64,000 nt of DNA, from assembly GCA_016782425.1 (NCBI GenBank), contig JADHYN010000002.1, positions 40,807 through 104,806 of the forward strand, read 5' to 3'. How positions within the stretch are numbered: the first letter of the stretch is position 1; each line of letters begins with the position of its first letter. Positions 63,491-64,000 of the stretch are shown here, piece after piece. The notes below the pieces were generated by a model, which worked only from the letters and a program-made list of their open reading frames with translations, was not told the DNA's origin and made no database searches. This stretch comes from Candidatus Omnitrophota bacterium (GTDB lineage Bacteria > Omnitrophota > Gorgyraeia > JABMRN01 > RBG-13-46-9). A program made the position numbers and the translations under genes.

Positions 63491-64000
63491 TTATTCGTGT
63501 GTTAAGTCAAAATAAATGCTTGCAGAATATTCGCCGGCTGAAGCATTCTTAAATACCCCACCTAAATAAACACGATAAGTAGAATCAACGGGATCTCTCT
63601 CGCCTAATCCAGGCGGAACAGCAGCCAGATGCGCCCAGGTATAGCTACCGTAACACGTTACGGAATATTCCTGGCCGGTCTGATTAGCGCTATCCCAGTC
63701 GCCGTCATTCTTATCTTTTACGTAATTCCAGGTTAAGTTACTGCCGCTGTATATATCCGAATGATTTCTGCAGGGGACACCACCTGCTTGAACATCAGGA
63801 TATACCCTCCATAAAAGCGGAACTCTGTGCCTTCCGTCAGCCGTCATCAACCCATTAAACTGGTCTCCCAGATATTGCGGATCTCCGTTTGTGTTATTGG
63901 TATAAATCCATATCTTCCAGTTTTCTGCGTCAACCCCGTATTTAACCTCTATGTACTGATTGGCCGGGGCGTATTCATTGCCGGGGTTATTATCGAAACT
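63491..64000 (-). CDS. hypothetical (probably secreted) protein, C-terminal part; frame stays open to the right edge
   Basis: Own translation continues upstream of the track's Met (..FDNNPGNEYAPANQYIEVKYGVDAENWKIWIYTNNTNGDPQYLGDQFNGLMTADG..) without stops. Confidence 0.45.
   Translation of the reverse strand, partial: SFDNNPGNEYAPANQYIEVKYGVDAENWKIWIYTNNTNGDPQYLGDQFNGLMTADGRHRVPLLWRVYPDVQAGGVPCRNHSDIYSGSNLTWNYVKDKNDGDWDSANQTGQEYSVTCYGSYTWAHLAAVPPGLGERDPVDSTYRVYLGGVFKNASAGEYSASIYFDLTHE

Noticed and set aside
1-64000. Search for tRNA, rRNA, tmRNA or known riboswitch signatures in all spacers longer than 100 nt
   Set aside because: No cloverleaf-compatible segment (no GTTCRANYC T-loop in an intergenic context) was seen by eye, and no recognisable riboswitch core. 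An Infernal/tRNAscan run would be needed to be certain.

Overview
Dense, visibly AT-rich bacterial window with about 66 protein genes. I found no rRNA, tRNA or CRISPR array. The lineage cannot be assigned from this window, though a secretin, a TonB-C-like domain and HtrA imply a diderm. All coordinates of short motifs were hand-counted and may be off by 1-2 nt. No homology search was run, so calls rest on motifs read in the translations.

Layout:
(i) 1-22.4 kb is one uninterrupted minus-strand housekeeping block: histidine phosphatase (partial), phosphohexomutase, S2P protease, M16 peptidase, ruvX, GDP-mannose pyrophosphorylase, trpA-B-F-C-D-G-E, hisI-F-A-H-B-D, alaS, recX, htrA, recA.
(ii) 22.5-23.3 kb holds an IS200-like REP-associated tyrosine transposase (RAYT) bracketed by three copies of a 23-nt GC-rich palindrome. 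A fourth copy lies in-frame inside a CDS at 46.4 kb.
(iii) 23.3-25.1 kb holds cinA-thpR.
(iv) 25.9-34.9 kb is a signalling island: an XRE-cupin regulator, three receiver-only response regulators, three paralogous 7TM histidine kinases, a GAF-HD-GYP protein, and an inserted four-helix-bundle (23S-IVS/Avd-like) gene.
(v) 35.0-43.6 kb is an orphan type-II FAS/PKS-like lipid operon: HTH, KS-like partner, KR, ACP, DH, KS, thioester reductase and three flavin/nitroreductase oxidoreductases. It is followed by an RR-GGDEF gene, a transglutaminase-TPR protein, a ligase-carrier-AGPAT tridomain protein and an alpha/beta hydrolase.
(vi) 49.8-62.1 kb is a hybrid T2SS/type-IV-pilus-like cluster: GspE, F, G, H, I, J, K, a PilM-PilN fusion, PilO-like, MerR-like HTH, ExeA-like ATPase, GspC/PilP-like, a secretin with a TonB-C-like tail, and a coiled-coil protein.
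(vii) 62.2-64.0 kb encodes two secreted proteins.

Things most worth a second look:
- Several families of tiny repeats (REP palindromes, CCGCC hairpins with heptamer flanks, CCCCGTTAGAAAT hairpins, heptamer tandem arrays). Three families also occur inside coding sequence without breaking the frame.
- The four-helix-bundle gene framed by inverted heptamer arrays.
- The ER-less KS/KS-like lipid cluster with a terminal reductase and a nearby ligase-ACP-AGPAT protein.
- The secretin-TonB_C fusion.
- The duplicated prepilin motifs with mRNA inverted repeats in gspG and gspH.
- Three identical TTGACA-N16-TATACT promoters, each in front of a small HTH regulator.
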